This document shows positions 28,028-38,264 of a DNA stretch of 64,000 bases, one piece after another. The notes beneath the pieces are model-generated. The model searched no databases. It was given only the letters and a program-made list of their open reading frames with translations, and had not been told where the DNA came from. The stretch comes from Acidobacteriota bacterium (GTDB lineage: Bacteria > Acidobacteriota > Thermoanaerobaculia > UBA5066), in contig JARXKK010000001.1 in NCBI GenBank assembly GCA_030278895.1, positions 16,565-80,564 of the forward strand, given 5' to 3'. A program made the translations under genes and the position numbers. How positions within the stretch are numbered: the first letter of the stretch is position 1; every line of letters begins with the position of its first letter.

Positions 28028-29356
28028 TTACCGCAGCGAGGCGAGGATCGCGTCCGCCGCGTCGCGGCCGATCCGGATCGCGTAGTTCTGGCCGCGGTCC
28101 TCCGGATACGTCTGCGCCATGCACGCGGACCAGAGCCCTTCGACGGGCGTTCGAAGCGGCGGGAGGAGCTTCGAGTAGTGGGGCACGACGATCGGCTGCG
28201 CGTACTCCGCGCGCCCGATCTGTTTCGCGAGAATCCAGCTCGGATCGAAGGCCGGGTTGATCACCTTCAACGCAGGGAGGTATTCGGCCCACAAATCCTC
28301 GTCGCGCTTTTTCCACTTCGGGTCGTCGGGCAGGACGTAGTTCGAGATGTAGACCACGTGGCGCCCGCCGTAGTCCTCGGGGGACAGGAAGTTCGTGTGC
28401 TCGATGACGCCGCCGAACGGCATGGAGTCGTCGCCCACGTTCAGCCAGTAGTACGGCGAGAGCGAGCGGTCGAGCTCGAGGATCGGGCAGAGGGCGTGAC
28501 AGTACGAGATCGCACTCCAGGCCTTGCGCGTTTCTTCCGGGAGGTCCGGCGCGAGCTTGAGGAGCTCGGGAATCGCGACGGTCGACAGGACGAGGTCGAA
28601 CGATTCCGTGCCTCCCGCGGCGCCCCCCAGGAACGTCACGTCGAAGCCGCCGCCACCGCGTTTCACGATGCGTACGGGGCGGGAGGTTCTGACGTCGCCG
28701 CCGCGCTCCTTGACGCGCGCGAGAACCGCCTCGACGCCGCGCCCGAAGGAGCCCTTCAGGTAGCCGAGGCGCTCGCCGAGACCCGTCTTGTCGCGCGAGC
28801 GTGTCCGGAGCGAGATCTTTCCCCACAGCCACACCAACCCCACGTCTTCCGCGCGGCGGCCGTACTTCTGCCGGAGGAGCGGCCCCCATACGGCGTCGAG
28901 CGCGCGGCCGTACCCGTTCCGCCGCATCCACCCCATCGCGGTCTCGGCCTCGAGACTCTTCCAGTCGGCGTCGTGCCGCAGCTTGAGCGTCGAGAGGATG
29001 AACTCCAGCCTCCCCAGGAGCCCGAGCGGGCTGAACCCGAGAAGCGAAGCGGGCGTGCCGAAATCGTAAAGCCTGCCGCCGGACAGAAATCCCATCCGGG
29101 ACTTCAGCCAGACGAGATCCCCCTCGAGGCCGAACTCCTTCGCGAACGAGACGTAGTCGACGTCGCTCGTGAAAAGGTGGTGGTAGTACCTTTCGAGCGG
29201 GGTCCCGCCCACGTTCACGACGCCCACGAGGCCCCCCGCCTCGGGAAACTTCTCGAAGATCGTGACGGACAGGCCCGCACCGAGGAGGCGGTCGGCCGCG
29301 ACGAGGCCGGCCAGTCCGCCGCCGATCACGGCGACCCGGGGCGGCGCGCTTTTCAT
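28028..29356 (-). CDS. FAD-dependent oxidoreductase, amine-oxidase/phytoene-desaturase (HemY/HpnE/CrtI-like) family
   Basis: The N-terminal dinucleotide fold is RVAVIGGGLAGLVAADRL. Length 442 aa. It ends 25 nt upstream of the selenoprotein gene on the same strand. Confidence 0.7.
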   Translation of the reverse strand: MKSAPPRVAVIGGGLAGLVAADRLLGAGLSVTIFEKFPEAGGLVGVVNVGGTPLERYYHHLFTSDVDYVSFAKEFGLEGDLVWLKSRMGFLSGGRLYDFGTPASLLGFSPLGLLGRLEFILSTLKLRHDADWKSLEAETAMGWMRRNGYGRALDAVWGPLLRQKYGRRAEDVGLVWLWGKISLRTRSRDKTGLGERLGYLKGSFGRGVEAVLARVKERGGDVRTSRPVRIVKRGGGGFDVTFLGGAAGGTESFDLVLSTVAIPELLKLAPDLPEETRKAWSAISYCHALCPILELDRSLSPYYWLNVGDDSMPFGGVIEHTNFLSPEDYGGRHVVYISNYVLPDDPKWKKRDEDLWAEYLPALKVINPAFDPSWILAKQIGRAEYAQPIVVPHYSKLLPPLRTPVEGLWSACMAQTYPEDRGQNYAIRIGRDAADAILASLR

Positions 29357-29411
29357 CCCGACGAGTGTAAGCCGGGTCCGGCGGGCCGGTGTGCTACCTT
29401 GATTCCGTCCC

Positions 29412-31502
29412 GTGACGGTCTCGACGGCGCTCCTTTTCGCCTTCGTTCTTGTCCTGACGGCTGCGTCGGGTGCGGCCCTGCTCGCCCGTCTTTTCCGGGA
29501 CGACGACGCGGACCCCGGCTCCCGGGCCGACGCGGTTGTCTCTTTCGCCCTCCCCGTGGGCCTCGTGCTGGCCGCCCTGCCGGGCTGGCTCCTGTCGTCG
29601 ATCTTCTACGTCCCGATCACCCGGCTCGCGCTGCCGCTCGCGTTTCTCTCCCTGTCCGCGGCGCTCCTCTGGGGCGGAGCCCACCTGCCGGGAGTTCTTC
29701 CCCGCACGCGCGCACGCCTTCTCCCTCTCGCCGTCTTTTTCGGCGTCTTTCTCTTCTTCCTGTGGGTCCGCTGGACCTTCGCCGAGATCCGTCAGACGGA
29801 AAAGCCCATGGACTTCGCGGTCCTGTCGGGACTCATGACGACCGTGCGTCTCCCGTTCCCGGATCCGTGGCTTTCCGGCGAGCGGTTCCCGTACTACCAC
29901 TTCGGGACGTATCTGTTCGCCCTGCCTGCCCGCGCGGCCCGCGTCCCGTCGGAGTACGCCTACAACCTGATCGCGGCACTCCTGCCGGCCCTCGCGGCGC
30001 TCGCGGGATTCGGAGCGATCCGCGCCCGGCGGGGCGGAGCGGCGATCGCGGTGTTCGGCGGCCTCCTTCTCGTCCTCGGCGGGACGTTCGACGGCGCGCG
30101 GCAGTTCCTCTCGGACAAGCCCCTCAAGGACCTCGACTGGTGGATGTCCTCCCGCCGCGTCGACAACCCCCACACGATCACCGAGTGGCCGCTCTTCACG
30201 TTTCGCCTCGGGGACCTGCATCCACACGCGGTCGTCTTTCCGTTCTTCGTGACGTTCATCGGCCTCGCGGGCCGGATCTCCCGCGTGGGCGGGACCTTGC
30301 TCGACGGCGTACTCCTTGCGACCGTCCTCTCGGCGAACCCGTGGGATCTCCCCGCGACTCTCCTCGTCCTGGGCGCCGGAAACCTCGCCGAGCGGGATTT
30401 CAGGCCCGCCTTCATCCGCAGTCTCGCGACGCTCCTTCCCGCCGCCTTCTTTCTGACGCCCTTCGCACTCTCACCCCGCCCCGCGTTCAACGGCCTCTCC
30501 TGGTGGAAGGAAGGGACCGGATCCTGGGACGCCTTTCTTCACTTCGGCGTTCTCGCCGTGATTCCGGCCCTCGCGTTCGGGATCGCCCTCGTCCGCAGCC
30601 AGGTGCGCGCGGACCGGGCGCTCGTCGCGGCGTGCGCGTTTCCCGCCCTCGCGCTCGCGCTCGTCGTCCTCACGAAAAAACCGGTCTTTTCTCTTGCGGC
30701 CGGATTCGCCGCGGGCGTGCTCTGGCTGCTCCTCCGCGACGCGCCGCCGGGAGATCCCGCGCCTCCCGCCGGGGCGATCCGGGCCGGGCTTCTCCTCGCG
30801 GCATCGGGCGCGGTCCTCGCGGCCGTGCCGGACGTCGTCCTCGTCGCGGACACGTACGGCGAGGCGGCGCGCCGGATGAACACCGTCTTCAAGTGCTTCA
30901 TGGGGGCCTGGCCGCTCCTCGCGCTGGGCGGTGCCCTTCTCCTGCCGCTCGCGCTCGCGACGCGCCACGCGCGCGTCTTCGTCCGCATCGCCGTCGCCTG
31001 CGCCCTCGTCGGCGCCCTCGCCCACCCGCTTTCCGCCGTCGTCTTTCGCGCGAAATGGACGGGCGCCCTCGACGGGCTCGACGGCCTCCGTTGGATGACG
31101 CGCGAGGCGCCCGGCGATCGCGACGCGATCTCCTGGCTTCGCGCGCACGCCGTGGAGGGCGCGGTCCTCGCCGAGGCGACCGGGAACCCCTACACGGACT
31201 ACGGGCGCATCGGGGCGGCCACGGGGATCCCGACCGTTCTCGGCTGGGAGAACCACGAGGGGCTGTGGCGCGGCAACCGCTCCATCGCCGAGACGACGGC
31301 CCGTAAGGACGCCCTCCGGGCGATCTACTCTTCCGAGGACTCCGAGGCGGTCTTCAACATCCTGCACCGTTACAAGGTGCGTTACGTCTTCGTCGGCGCC
31401 CTCGAAAAGCGCGACTTCGGCCCGAGCGCCTTCCCGATGCGCGCCAACTTCCGCCGCGCCTTCACGGCCGGCGACTCCGCGGTCTTCGAGATTCTGAAAT
31501 GA
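29412..31502 (+). CDS. DUF2298 (chlor_Arch_YYY-type) polytopic membrane protein
   Basis: More than 14 TM helices. The conserved block EKPMDFAVLSGLMTTVRLPFPDPWLSGERFPYYHFGTYLF matches the family and the central domain of the 1617-aa protein. Confidence 0.7.
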   Translation: MTVSTALLFAFVLVLTAASGAALLARLFRDDDADPGSRADAVVSFALPVGLVLAALPGWLLSSIFYVPITRLALPLAFLSLSAALLWGGAHLPGVLPRTRARLLPLAVFFGVFLFFLWVRWTFAEIRQTEKPMDFAVLSGLMTTVRLPFPDPWLSGERFPYYHFGTYLFALPARAARVPSEYAYNLIAALLPALAALAGFGAIRARRGGAAIAVFGGLLLVLGGTFDGARQFLSDKPLKDLDWWMSSRRVDNPHTITEWPLFTFRLGDLHPHAVVFPFFVTFIGLAGRISRVGGTLLDGVLLATVLSANPWDLPATLLVLGAGNLAERDFRPAFIRSLATLLPAAFFLTPFALSPRPAFNGLSWWKEGTGSWDAFLHFGVLAVIPALAFGIALVRSQVRADRALVAACAFPALALALVVLTKKPVFSLAAGFAAGVLWLLLRDAPPGDPAPPAGAIRAGLLLAASGAVLAAVPDVVLVADTYGEAARRMNTVFKCFMGAWPLLALGGALLLPLALATRHARVFVRIAVACALVGALAHPLSAVVFRAKWTGALDGLDGLRWMTREAPGDRDAISWLRAHAVEGAVLAEATGNPYTDYGRIGAATGIPTVLGWENHEGLWRGNRSIAETTARKDALRAIYSSEDSEAVFNILHRYKVRYVFVGALEKRDFGPSAFPMRANFRRAFTAGDSAVFEILK

Positions 31503-33184
31503 ACGAAGCCGCCCCCCGCTCCGCCGCCGAGCCGCCGTTCTCGGACCTCGAGAAGAAGGCCTGGATCGCGCTCTTCGCCCTCTCGGCGCTCCTCCATCTC
31601 GTTCAGCTCGGGTCGCACGCGCTCCACCACGACGAGTCGATTCACGCGTGGGCCGCGCTGCATCTCATCCAGGACGGGACGTACAAGTACGACCCCGTCT
31701 ACCACGGGCCGGTTCAGTACTTCGCGGTCGCGCTCGCGTACAAGACGTGGGGCCTTCTGACCCTGAGCTCGGGCGACTCGGACTTCTCCGCGCGCCTCGC
31801 GCCCGCGCTCGGAGGCATCGCGCTCTCGATGATGGCGCTCCTTCTCCGGCGAAGGTTCGGCCCCGCCGCGGCCTTCGCCACGGGCGTCCTCGCGGCGTTC
31901 TCGCCGAACCTCCTCTACTACTCGCGCTTCTGCCGGGACGACATCTGGAGCCTTCTCGGCACGGCCGGCCTCTTCCTGTGGCTCGACCAGTACCTCGCGC
32001 GCGGGCGCCTTCGCGACCTCTGCTTCGCTTCCCTGTCGGCCTCGGTCGCATTCGCGTCAAAGGAAAACTTCTACGTCCTGCTCGCGCTCATGGTGCCGTC
32101 GGTCGCGGCCGCGTGGGCCGAGCCCGGTCGCGGGATCGACGTGTGGAACCGGCTGCGCCGCATCATCGACTGGCTCGAGGCGCACACCGTTCCTCTCGTG
32201 GGCGCCCTCCTCCTGTTCTTCTGCGTTTCCGAAGTTCTCTACACGTTTTTCCTCGTCCACCCAGAATCGGGCAATCCCGTCTTCGACGCGATCTCGTACT
32301 GGTGGGGCCAGCACAAGCTGGAGCGCGTCGGCGGCCCGAAGACGTTCTACCTGCCGCGCCTCCTGCAGTACGAGTTCGCGATCGTCCTGCCGGCGCTCGC
32401 CTTCATCGCGACGCGCTGGTCACGGTTCACCTTCGCCGAGCGCTTCCTCGCGGGCTGGGCGCTCTCGTCCGTCGCGATGTATGCGTACCTCGGCGAGAAG
32501 GCGGGCTGGCTCATCGTCCACCAGGTGCTCCCCTTCCTGCCGCTCGCCGGCGCCGCGTGGGCGCTCCTCGCCGGGAAGGGATCGCGCGCGCGGCTCGGCG
32601 GCGCGGTCGTCGTGGCCGCGTCGCTCCTGACGGCGGTGACCCTCTCCTTCGTCTATCCCGTCCTCACGCCCAATTCCCGCAAGGCGGAGTCGGCCATTCA
32701 GGTCCAGACCTGTCCGGAGATGCTGGGCCTCGTGGACGAGATCCTCGCGTACGGAAAGGTGGGCGAAGTGCCGGCCGCCATCGTCTCGGGGGAGGCGGGC
32801 TGGCCGATGAGCTGGTACGTCCGCAAGGCGCCCGTGAACTGGCAAGCTCCGAAGGGCGACCTCCGTCCGCCGATCGTCGTCTGCGACGACGCCGACGCCG
32901 ACAAGCAGGCTGAGGTTCTCGGGCCGTCCTACAAGCGCGACCGCGTGCCTTTCCGCGCCTGGTGGATTCCGGACGTGGCGCCCAAGCCGCTTCGGCCGAA
33001 CCTGAGACAGCTTCTTCTCTACCTCTTCACGCGCGAGACCTGGGACCGCGCCGACGGCAACAATCCGATCGGCTCGGTCTGGGTGACGGTCTTCCGGCGG
33101 ACGGGCCCGGCCACCTTGCCGCCCGTGCCGCCGCCGGCGCCCGCGCCCGCTGAGGCTCCTGCCGAGGCGAAGGGCACGTCATGA
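31499..33184 (+). CDS. GT-C fold glycosyltransferase-like membrane protein (TIGR03663/PMT_2-like)
   Basis: The DE motif HHDESIHAWAALHL follows TM1 and the protein is polytopic. The start overlaps the DUF2298 stop (ATGA). Confidence 0.7.
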   Translation: MNEAAPRSAAEPPFSDLEKKAWIALFALSALLHLVQLGSHALHHDESIHAWAALHLIQDGTYKYDPVYHGPVQYFAVALAYKTWGLLTLSSGDSDFSARLAPALGGIALSMMALLLRRRFGPAAAFATGVLAAFSPNLLYYSRFCRDDIWSLLGTAGLFLWLDQYLARGRLRDLCFASLSASVAFASKENFYVLLALMVPSVAAAWAEPGRGIDVWNRLRRIIDWLEAHTVPLVGALLLFFCVSEVLYTFFLVHPESGNPVFDAISYWWGQHKLERVGGPKTFYLPRLLQYEFAIVLPALAFIATRWSRFTFAERFLAGWALSSVAMYAYLGEKAGWLIVHQVLPFLPLAGAAWALLAGKGSRARLGGAVVVAASLLTAVTLSFVYPVLTPNSRKAESAIQVQTCPEMLGLVDEILAYGKVGEVPAAIVSGEAGWPMSWYVRKAPVNWQAPKGDLRPPIVVCDDADADKQAEVLGPSYKRDRVPFRAWWIPDVAPKPLRPNLRQLLLYLFTRETWDRADGNNPIGSVWVTVFRRTGPATLPPVPPPAPAPAEAPAEAKGTS

Positions 33185-34152
33185 ACCGCCCCGACGTCTC
33201 GGTCGCTCTGCCCGTTTTCAACGAAGTCGAGAATCTAGACGAGCTGAACGAGCGGCTCACGCGCGTTCTGACCGCGACCTCTCGCACGTGGGAGATCGTC
33301 TACGTGGACGACGGCTCGAGCGACCTCTCGTTCGAGAAGATGGCCGCCTTCGCCCGCCAGGATCCGCGCGTCCGTGCGCTCCGGTTCTCCCGGAATTTCG
33401 GCCACCAGATGGCGCTCACCGCGGGTGTCGACGCCGCGCGGGGTCGGGTCGTGGCGGTCATGGACGCGGACCTGCAGGACCCTCCCGAGCTTCTCTCAGA
33501 GATGCTGAAGAAGGTCGATGAGGGTTACGAAGTCGTCTATGCGCAGCGCAGCAAACGCGAGGGCGAGAGTGCTTTCAAGCTCTGGACCGCCCACGTCTTT
33601 TACCGGCTTCTGAAGCGCTGGACGAACGTGGACATCCCGGTCGACGTCGGGGACTTCCGTCTCATGGGGCCGAAGGCCGTGGCCGCGTTTCGGCGCCTGC
33701 GCGAGCGGCACCGCTTCATCCGCGGCATGACGGCGTGGGTGGGCTTCCGGCAGACGGGCGTCCTGTACGTACGGCCGCCGCGGACCAGGGGCGAGACGAA
33801 GTTCCCGCTCCGCAAGATGCTGCGGTTCGCCCTCGACGGACTCACCTCCTTCAGCCACGTGCCCCTCCAGCTCGCGACGTGGCTCGGATTCGCCGTGTCG
33901 TTCTTCGCGTTTCTCTACATCGTCGTCGTCGTTCTTCTCAAAGTGCTCGGGATCAACGAGCGCGGCTGGACGACGCTCATGGGATGGATCCTCCTCCTCG
34001 GCGGCGTGCAGCTCCTCATGATCGGCGTCCTCGGCGAATACCTCGGCCGAATCTACGACGAGGTGAAGGGCCGCCCGCTCTATCTCGTGGCGGAAGAGGT
34101 CGGAGGGAATACCTCGCCGGCCCAGGACGTTGACGTAACCTTGGAGCGATGA
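33181..34152 (+). CDS. polyprenyl-phosphate glycosyltransferase, GT2 (ArnC/GtrB/DPM1-like, with C-terminal TM helices)
   Basis: VSVALPVFNEVENL, IVYVDDGSSD, the DxD motif MDADLQD, and two C-terminal TM helices are present. The start overlaps the previous stop (ATGA). Confidence 0.85.
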   Translation: MNRPDVSVALPVFNEVENLDELNERLTRVLTATSRTWEIVYVDDGSSDLSFEKMAAFARQDPRVRALRFSRNFGHQMALTAGVDAARGRVVAVMDADLQDPPELLSEMLKKVDEGYEVVYAQRSKREGESAFKLWTAHVFYRLLKRWTNVDIPVDVGDFRLMGPKAVAAFRRLRERHRFIRGMTAWVGFRQTGVLYVRPPRTRGETKFPLRKMLRFALDGLTSFSHVPLQLATWLGFAVSFFAFLYIVVVVLLKVLGINERGWTTLMGWILLLGGVQLLMIGVLGEYLGRIYDEVKGRPLYLVAEEVGGNTSPAQDVDVTLER

Positions 34153-35114
34153 AGTCGGGCTACTACCACCAGGCGATCGGGGACCTCCGTCAGCGGCTCG
34201 CGGCCGCGGTCCCGCACGAGGTTCTGAAGGGGCTCCATCGCAAGAGCCCCTCGAGGCACTTCGCGGTCGCCGTCCGCCAGCTCGTCTTCTTCGCCGCCGC
34301 GCTTGCGCTCGGCTGGCACTTCGAGAGCCTGTGGGTCCGGATCCCGTGCGCGCTCGTCCTCGGGTTCGTCGTGTTCGACGGCACCGTCCTCCTTCACGAG
34401 GTCGTCCACAAGGCCGTCTTCGACGGTGACCGGCCGCGCGCCTACCGCGCCCTCGGCCTCCTCTACGCCCTGCCTTCCGGCATCTCGCCGGCGCAGTTCA
34501 CGCGCTGGCACCTCGATCACCATGCCGAGCTCGGCTCCTCGATCGACGACCCGAAGCGCGCGCACTTGTCCCCCAAGCTCAACGCGCGCTGGCTGAAGCT
34601 CCTCTACGCGACGCCCGCGCTCTTTCCCATCTACTTCCGCGCGGCCCGAACGGAGACCGCCACGTACCCGGAAACGCTGCAGCGCCGCATTCGGGCCGAG
34701 CGCTTCGCGGCCATCCTCCTGCACCTCGCCGCCGCCGCGGCGATCGGCTTTTTCGGCGGCGCCGCGCGCCTCCTGTGGCTGTATGCCGTTCCCGTTTTTC
34801 TCGTCTTCCCTCCCGCCTTCGCTCTCAATCGCCTCGGCCAGCACTACGACATCGTTCCCGCGGAACCCGCGAAGTGGGGCACCCGGATGGCCCGCGCGCC
34901 GCTTTGGGAGTTCGTCTACCTGTGGTCGAACCTTCACCTCGAGCACCATTACTTCCCGGCCGTTCCCTTCTACCGCCTTCCCGCCCTGAACGCCTCCCTC
35001 GAGCCCTTCTTCACCGAGGAGGGCATCACGGCGCGCACCTACCGGGATCTCCTCTACGGGTGGATCGTCGAGAATCGCGTGCCGCATTCGGACTGGCACG
35101 CCGATTTCCGGTAA
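34149..35114 (+). CDS. membrane fatty-acid desaturase-family protein (three His boxes)
   Basis: HEVVH, HLDHH and HLEHH boxes are spaced as in membrane desaturases/hydroxylases/ketolases. ATGA overlap with the GT2. Confidence 0.8.
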   Translation: MKSGYYHQAIGDLRQRLAAAVPHEVLKGLHRKSPSRHFAVAVRQLVFFAAALALGWHFESLWVRIPCALVLGFVVFDGTVLLHEVVHKAVFDGDRPRAYRALGLLYALPSGISPAQFTRWHLDHHAELGSSIDDPKRAHLSPKLNARWLKLLYATPALFPIYFRAARTETATYPETLQRRIRAERFAAILLHLAAAAAIGFFGGAARLLWLYAVPVFLVFPPAFALNRLGQHYDIVPAEPAKWGTRMARAPLWEFVYLWSNLHLEHHYFPAVPFYRLPALNASLEPFFTEEGITARTYRDLLYGWIVENRVPHSDWHADFR

Positions 35115-35124
35115 TCTCCGCGCG

Positions 35125-37269
35125 ATGGCGACGGAAATCGCGCCGCCGCAAGCGGACCAGTACGAGGGCCTTTCGCGCGAGGACCTGCTCCGGGCGTACC
35201 GGAACATGCTCACGTCCCGCCGGATCGACGACAAGGAAATCCAGCTCAAGCGCCAGAACCGCATCTTCTTCCAGATCAGCGGGGCCGGGCACGAAGCCGT
35301 CCAGACGGCGATCGCGTTTCAGATGCGAAAGGGCTCGGACTGGCTCTTCCCGTACTACCGTGACCGTGCGCTCTGCCTCGGCCTCGGCGTGAGCCCACGG
35401 GACATGTTCCTGCAGGCGGTCGGAGCCGCCGACGACCCGGCGTCCGCCGGGCGACAGATGCCATCGCATTGGGGTTCGGCCGCGCTCCGCATCTTCACGA
35501 CCTCCTCGCCGACGGCCACCGAATGCCTGCCAGGCGTCGGCGCGGCCGAAGCCGGCCGGTATCTCCAGCGCGAACAGGCGTCCGGCGCGGCCGGCCTCCT
35601 CGGCGCCGTCCAGGGCGCGGCGGCGGGCGAGATCGTCGTCGTGACGATCGGCGACGGCGCCACCTCCGAAGGCGAGTTCTGGGAGGCCTTGAACGCGGCG
35701 TGCCTGTCGAAGCTCCCCGTCGTCTTCGTCGTCGAGGACAACGGCTACGCGATCTCCGTGCCCGTCGAGGTGAACACCCCGGGGGGCTCCATCTCGAAGC
35801 TCGTGCGCTCGTATCCCGGCCTTTTCGTCGCCGAGACGGACGGCTGCGACTTCCTGGCCTCGTACGACGCGATGCGCTACGCGTTCGCGTACGCGCGCGA
35901 GAGGAAGGGCCCGTCGCTCGTCCACGCGCACGTCGTTCGCCCGTATTCGCACTCCCTTTCGGACGACGAGAAACTCTACCGCCCCGAGGCGGAACGGAAG
36001 AAGGACCTCGCCCGCGACCCGCTCGAGCTGTTCGCCGCCTTCCTCGCGAAAGAGAACCTCGCTTCCGCCGAGGAGCTCCTCGCTCTCGGCGAAGAGGTGA
36101 GCGCCCTCGTGAGCACCGCGGCGGACGAGGCCCTCGCGCGCCCGCAGCCCGGCCCCGACTCCGTCTTCGGGCACATCGTGTCTCGAGACGTCGATCCGAC
36201 GTCGGGTGCCTTCGACACGGAGGACCGGCCGGCATTCACGGGCGAGCCCACGACGATGGTCGACCTCATCAATGCCGCGCTTCGCGACGAGATGGCGCGC
36301 GACCAGCGCATCGCGATCTGGGGCGAGGACGTGGCGGACGCGAGTCGGAGCGACGTCCTCGGCGAGTGCAAGGGGAAGGGCGGCGTCTTCAAGGTGACGG
36401 CCGGCCTCCAGAAGGAGTTCGGGCCCGCGCGCGTGTTCAATTCGCCTCTCGCCGAGGCGAGCATCGTCGGCCGCGCCATCGGGTGGGCCGCGCGCGGACT
36501 GAGGCCGGTGGTCGAGATCCAGTTCTTCGATTACATCTGGCCCGCCATGCTGCAGATTCGCGACGAGCTCGCGACGACGCGCTGGCGCTCGGGCGGGTCC
36601 TTCCGCGCGCCGGTCGTCATCCGGGTCGCGATCGGCGGCTATCTCACGGGCGGAGGGCCCTACCACTCACAGTCGGGCGAGGTGACCTTCGCGCACATCC
36701 CGGGGCTCCGCGTCGTCATGCCGTCCAACGCTCTCGACGCGAATGGCCTTCTCCGCACGGCGATCCGTTGCGACGATCCCGTGCTCTTTCTCGAGCACAA
36801 GCACCTGTACCGCCAGACGCACAACAAGGGCCGCTACCCCGGTCCGGATTTCATGGTTCCCTTCGGCAAGGCGAAAACCGTGCGGCCCGGGACCGATGCC
36901 ACGATCGTGACCTACGGGGCGACGGTCTTCCGGAGCGCGGTCGCTGCCGCCCGCCTCGCGGAAGAGGACGGCCGGGACGCCGAGGTCATCGACCTGCGCT
37001 CGCTCGCGCCGTACGATTTCGACGCGATCGCCGAGAGCGTGAAGCGGACCAACCGGCTCCTCGTCGTCCACGAGGACTGGCAGACGCACGGCTTCGGGGC
37101 GGAGATCGCCGCGCGCGCCGCGGACGAGCTCTTCGGGTGGCTCGACGCGCCCGTGCGGCGCGTCGCCGCGAAGAACGTGTTCTGCGGCTACGCCCCGGAG
37201 CTGGAGAACGCCACGCTTCCGCAAAGCGAGGACATCCTCGCGGCGCTGCGCTCGCTGCTCGCATACTGA
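35125..37269 (+). CDS. 2-oxoacid dehydrogenase E1 component, fused alpha/beta subunits (TPP-dependent)
   Basis: The alpha part has the TPP motif [16 protein letters not shown]...[10 protein letters not shown]. The beta (transketolase-like) part is fused in the same 714-aa ORF. Confidence 0.85.
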   Translation: MATEIAPPQADQYEGLSREDLLRAYRNMLTSRRIDDKEIQLKRQNRIFFQISGAGHEAVQTAIAFQMRKGSDWLFPYYRDRALCLGLGVSPRDMFLQAVGAADDPASAGRQMPSHWGSAALRIFTTSSPTATECLPGVGAAEAGRYLQREQASGAAGLLGAVQGAAAGEIVVVTIGDGATSEGEFWEALNAACLSKLPVVFVVEDNGYAISVPVEVNTPGGSISKLVRSYPGLFVAETDGCDFLASYDAMRYAFAYARERKGPSLVHAHVVRPYSHSLSDDEKLYRPEAERKKDLARDPLELFAAFLAKENLASAEELLALGEEVSALVSTAADEALARPQPGPDSVFGHIVSRDVDPTSGAFDTEDRPAFTGEPTTMVDLINAALRDEMARDQRIAIWGEDVADASRSDVLGECKGKGGVFKVTAGLQKEFGPARVFNSPLAEASIVGRAIGWAARGLRPVVEIQFFDYIWPAMLQIRDELATTRWRSGGSFRAPVVIRVAIGGYLTGGGPYHSQSGEVTFAHIPGLRVVMPSNALDANGLLRTAIRCDDPVLFLEHKHLYRQTHNKGRYPGPDFMVPFGKAKTVRPGTDATIVTYGATVFRSAVAAARLAEEDGRDAEVIDLRSLAPYDFDAIAESVKRTNRLLVVHEDWQTHGFGAEIAARAADELFGWLDAPVRRVAAKNVFCGYAPELENATLPQSEDILAALRSLLAY

Positions 37270-37271
37270 CG

Positions 37272-38264
37272 ATGCGCCTCCGGAGCGTGGTTCTCGGAGC
37301 AACGGCTTTCTCCCTCTTCTTCCTCTTCGGCGCGATCGCCGTCGATCCCCTCCCCGTTTACCGCTCTCTCCAGGAGAAGCGTCTTTTCCTGTCGGGAGCG
37401 AAGCGCGAGGTCTTTGCCGCGGACGACGGAACATCCCTCTCGGCGTACGTTCTCGGACCGCTCTCCGCCGAGCGGCCCGTCGTCCTCCTCCACGGCCTCG
37501 GAGCCGACGCGACGTATTGGACAGAGGCCGCGCGCTTCCTCGCCCGGCAGGGCCGGACCGTGATCCTTCCGGACGCGCCTGGCTCGGGGCTCAGCGCGGC
37601 GCCGCACGATGCCGCCAGCTTCGGTGTGCGCGGCCGGGTGGCCGCGATGGACGCGCTCGCGCGGGCCCTCGCGCTCGAGAAGTTCGATTTCGTCGGCCAC
37701 TCCCTCGGCGGCTGGACGGCGGGCTGGTACGCGCTGGAGTTTCCCTGGAAGGTCTCACGGCTGGTCTTCGTGGACGCGGCGGGCCTCTCGCTTCCGGAGG
37801 ACACGGATGCAGAGCGCACGCGAGTGCTCCCGCGCGACCGCGCGGGAGCCCGCCGGATTTTCGACCTTCTCTTCTTCCGGAAGCCCGCGCCTTCCGCTGG
37901 TTTCATCCTCGACGCGTTTGGCCGGAACTACGGAAGCGGCACCGCAGCCGCAACGGTCGCGCGCCTCGCCGAGGCGGACGGCCTGCTGTCGCGCCTGCCC
38001 GACCTGCCGCCGCGAGCGACGCTCATCTGGGGCGAACGGGACACGCTCTTCCCTCTCGCCGAAGCACGCGGCGCCGCCTCGAAGATGCGCGAGGCGCGCT
38101 TCGTCGTCCTCGAGGGGACCGGACACGATGGGCCCCTCGAGGCCCCCGCCGCGTTCCATGCCGCTCTTCTCGCGGCGCTCGAAGGTCCGGCCCGCGTGAC
38201 GGGAGCTACTGCGGTCCCGCCGCCTCGAAGGTCGACACGATCGGAACGCTCGCCGACTCCGTGA
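37272..38264 (+). CDS. membrane-anchored alpha/beta hydrolase
   Basis: N-terminal TM helix, HGLGADATYW, and the nucleophile elbow GHSLGG are present. The 3' end overlaps the convergent gene by ~59 nt, so the stop is somewhat uncertain. Confidence 0.6.
   Translation: MRLRSVVLGATAFSLFFLFGAIAVDPLPVYRSLQEKRLFLSGAKREVFAADDGTSLSAYVLGPLSAERPVVLLHGLGADATYWTEAARFLARQGRTVILPDAPGSGLSAAPHDAASFGVRGRVAAMDALARALALEKFDFVGHSLGGWTAGWYALEFPWKVSRLVFVDAAGLSLPEDTDAERTRVLPRDRAGARRIFDLLFFRKPAPSAGFILDAFGRNYGSGTAAATVARLAEADGLLSRLPDLPPRATLIWGERDTLFPLAEARGAASKMREARFVVLEGTGHDGPLEAPAAFHAALLAALEGPARVTGATAVPPPRRSTRSERSPTP

Noticed and set aside
28178-31306. 1042-aa plus-strand ORF spanning the FAD oxidoreductase (antisense) and DUF2298 genes
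   Set aside because: Low-complexity R/P/G-rich; overlaps two well-supported genes.
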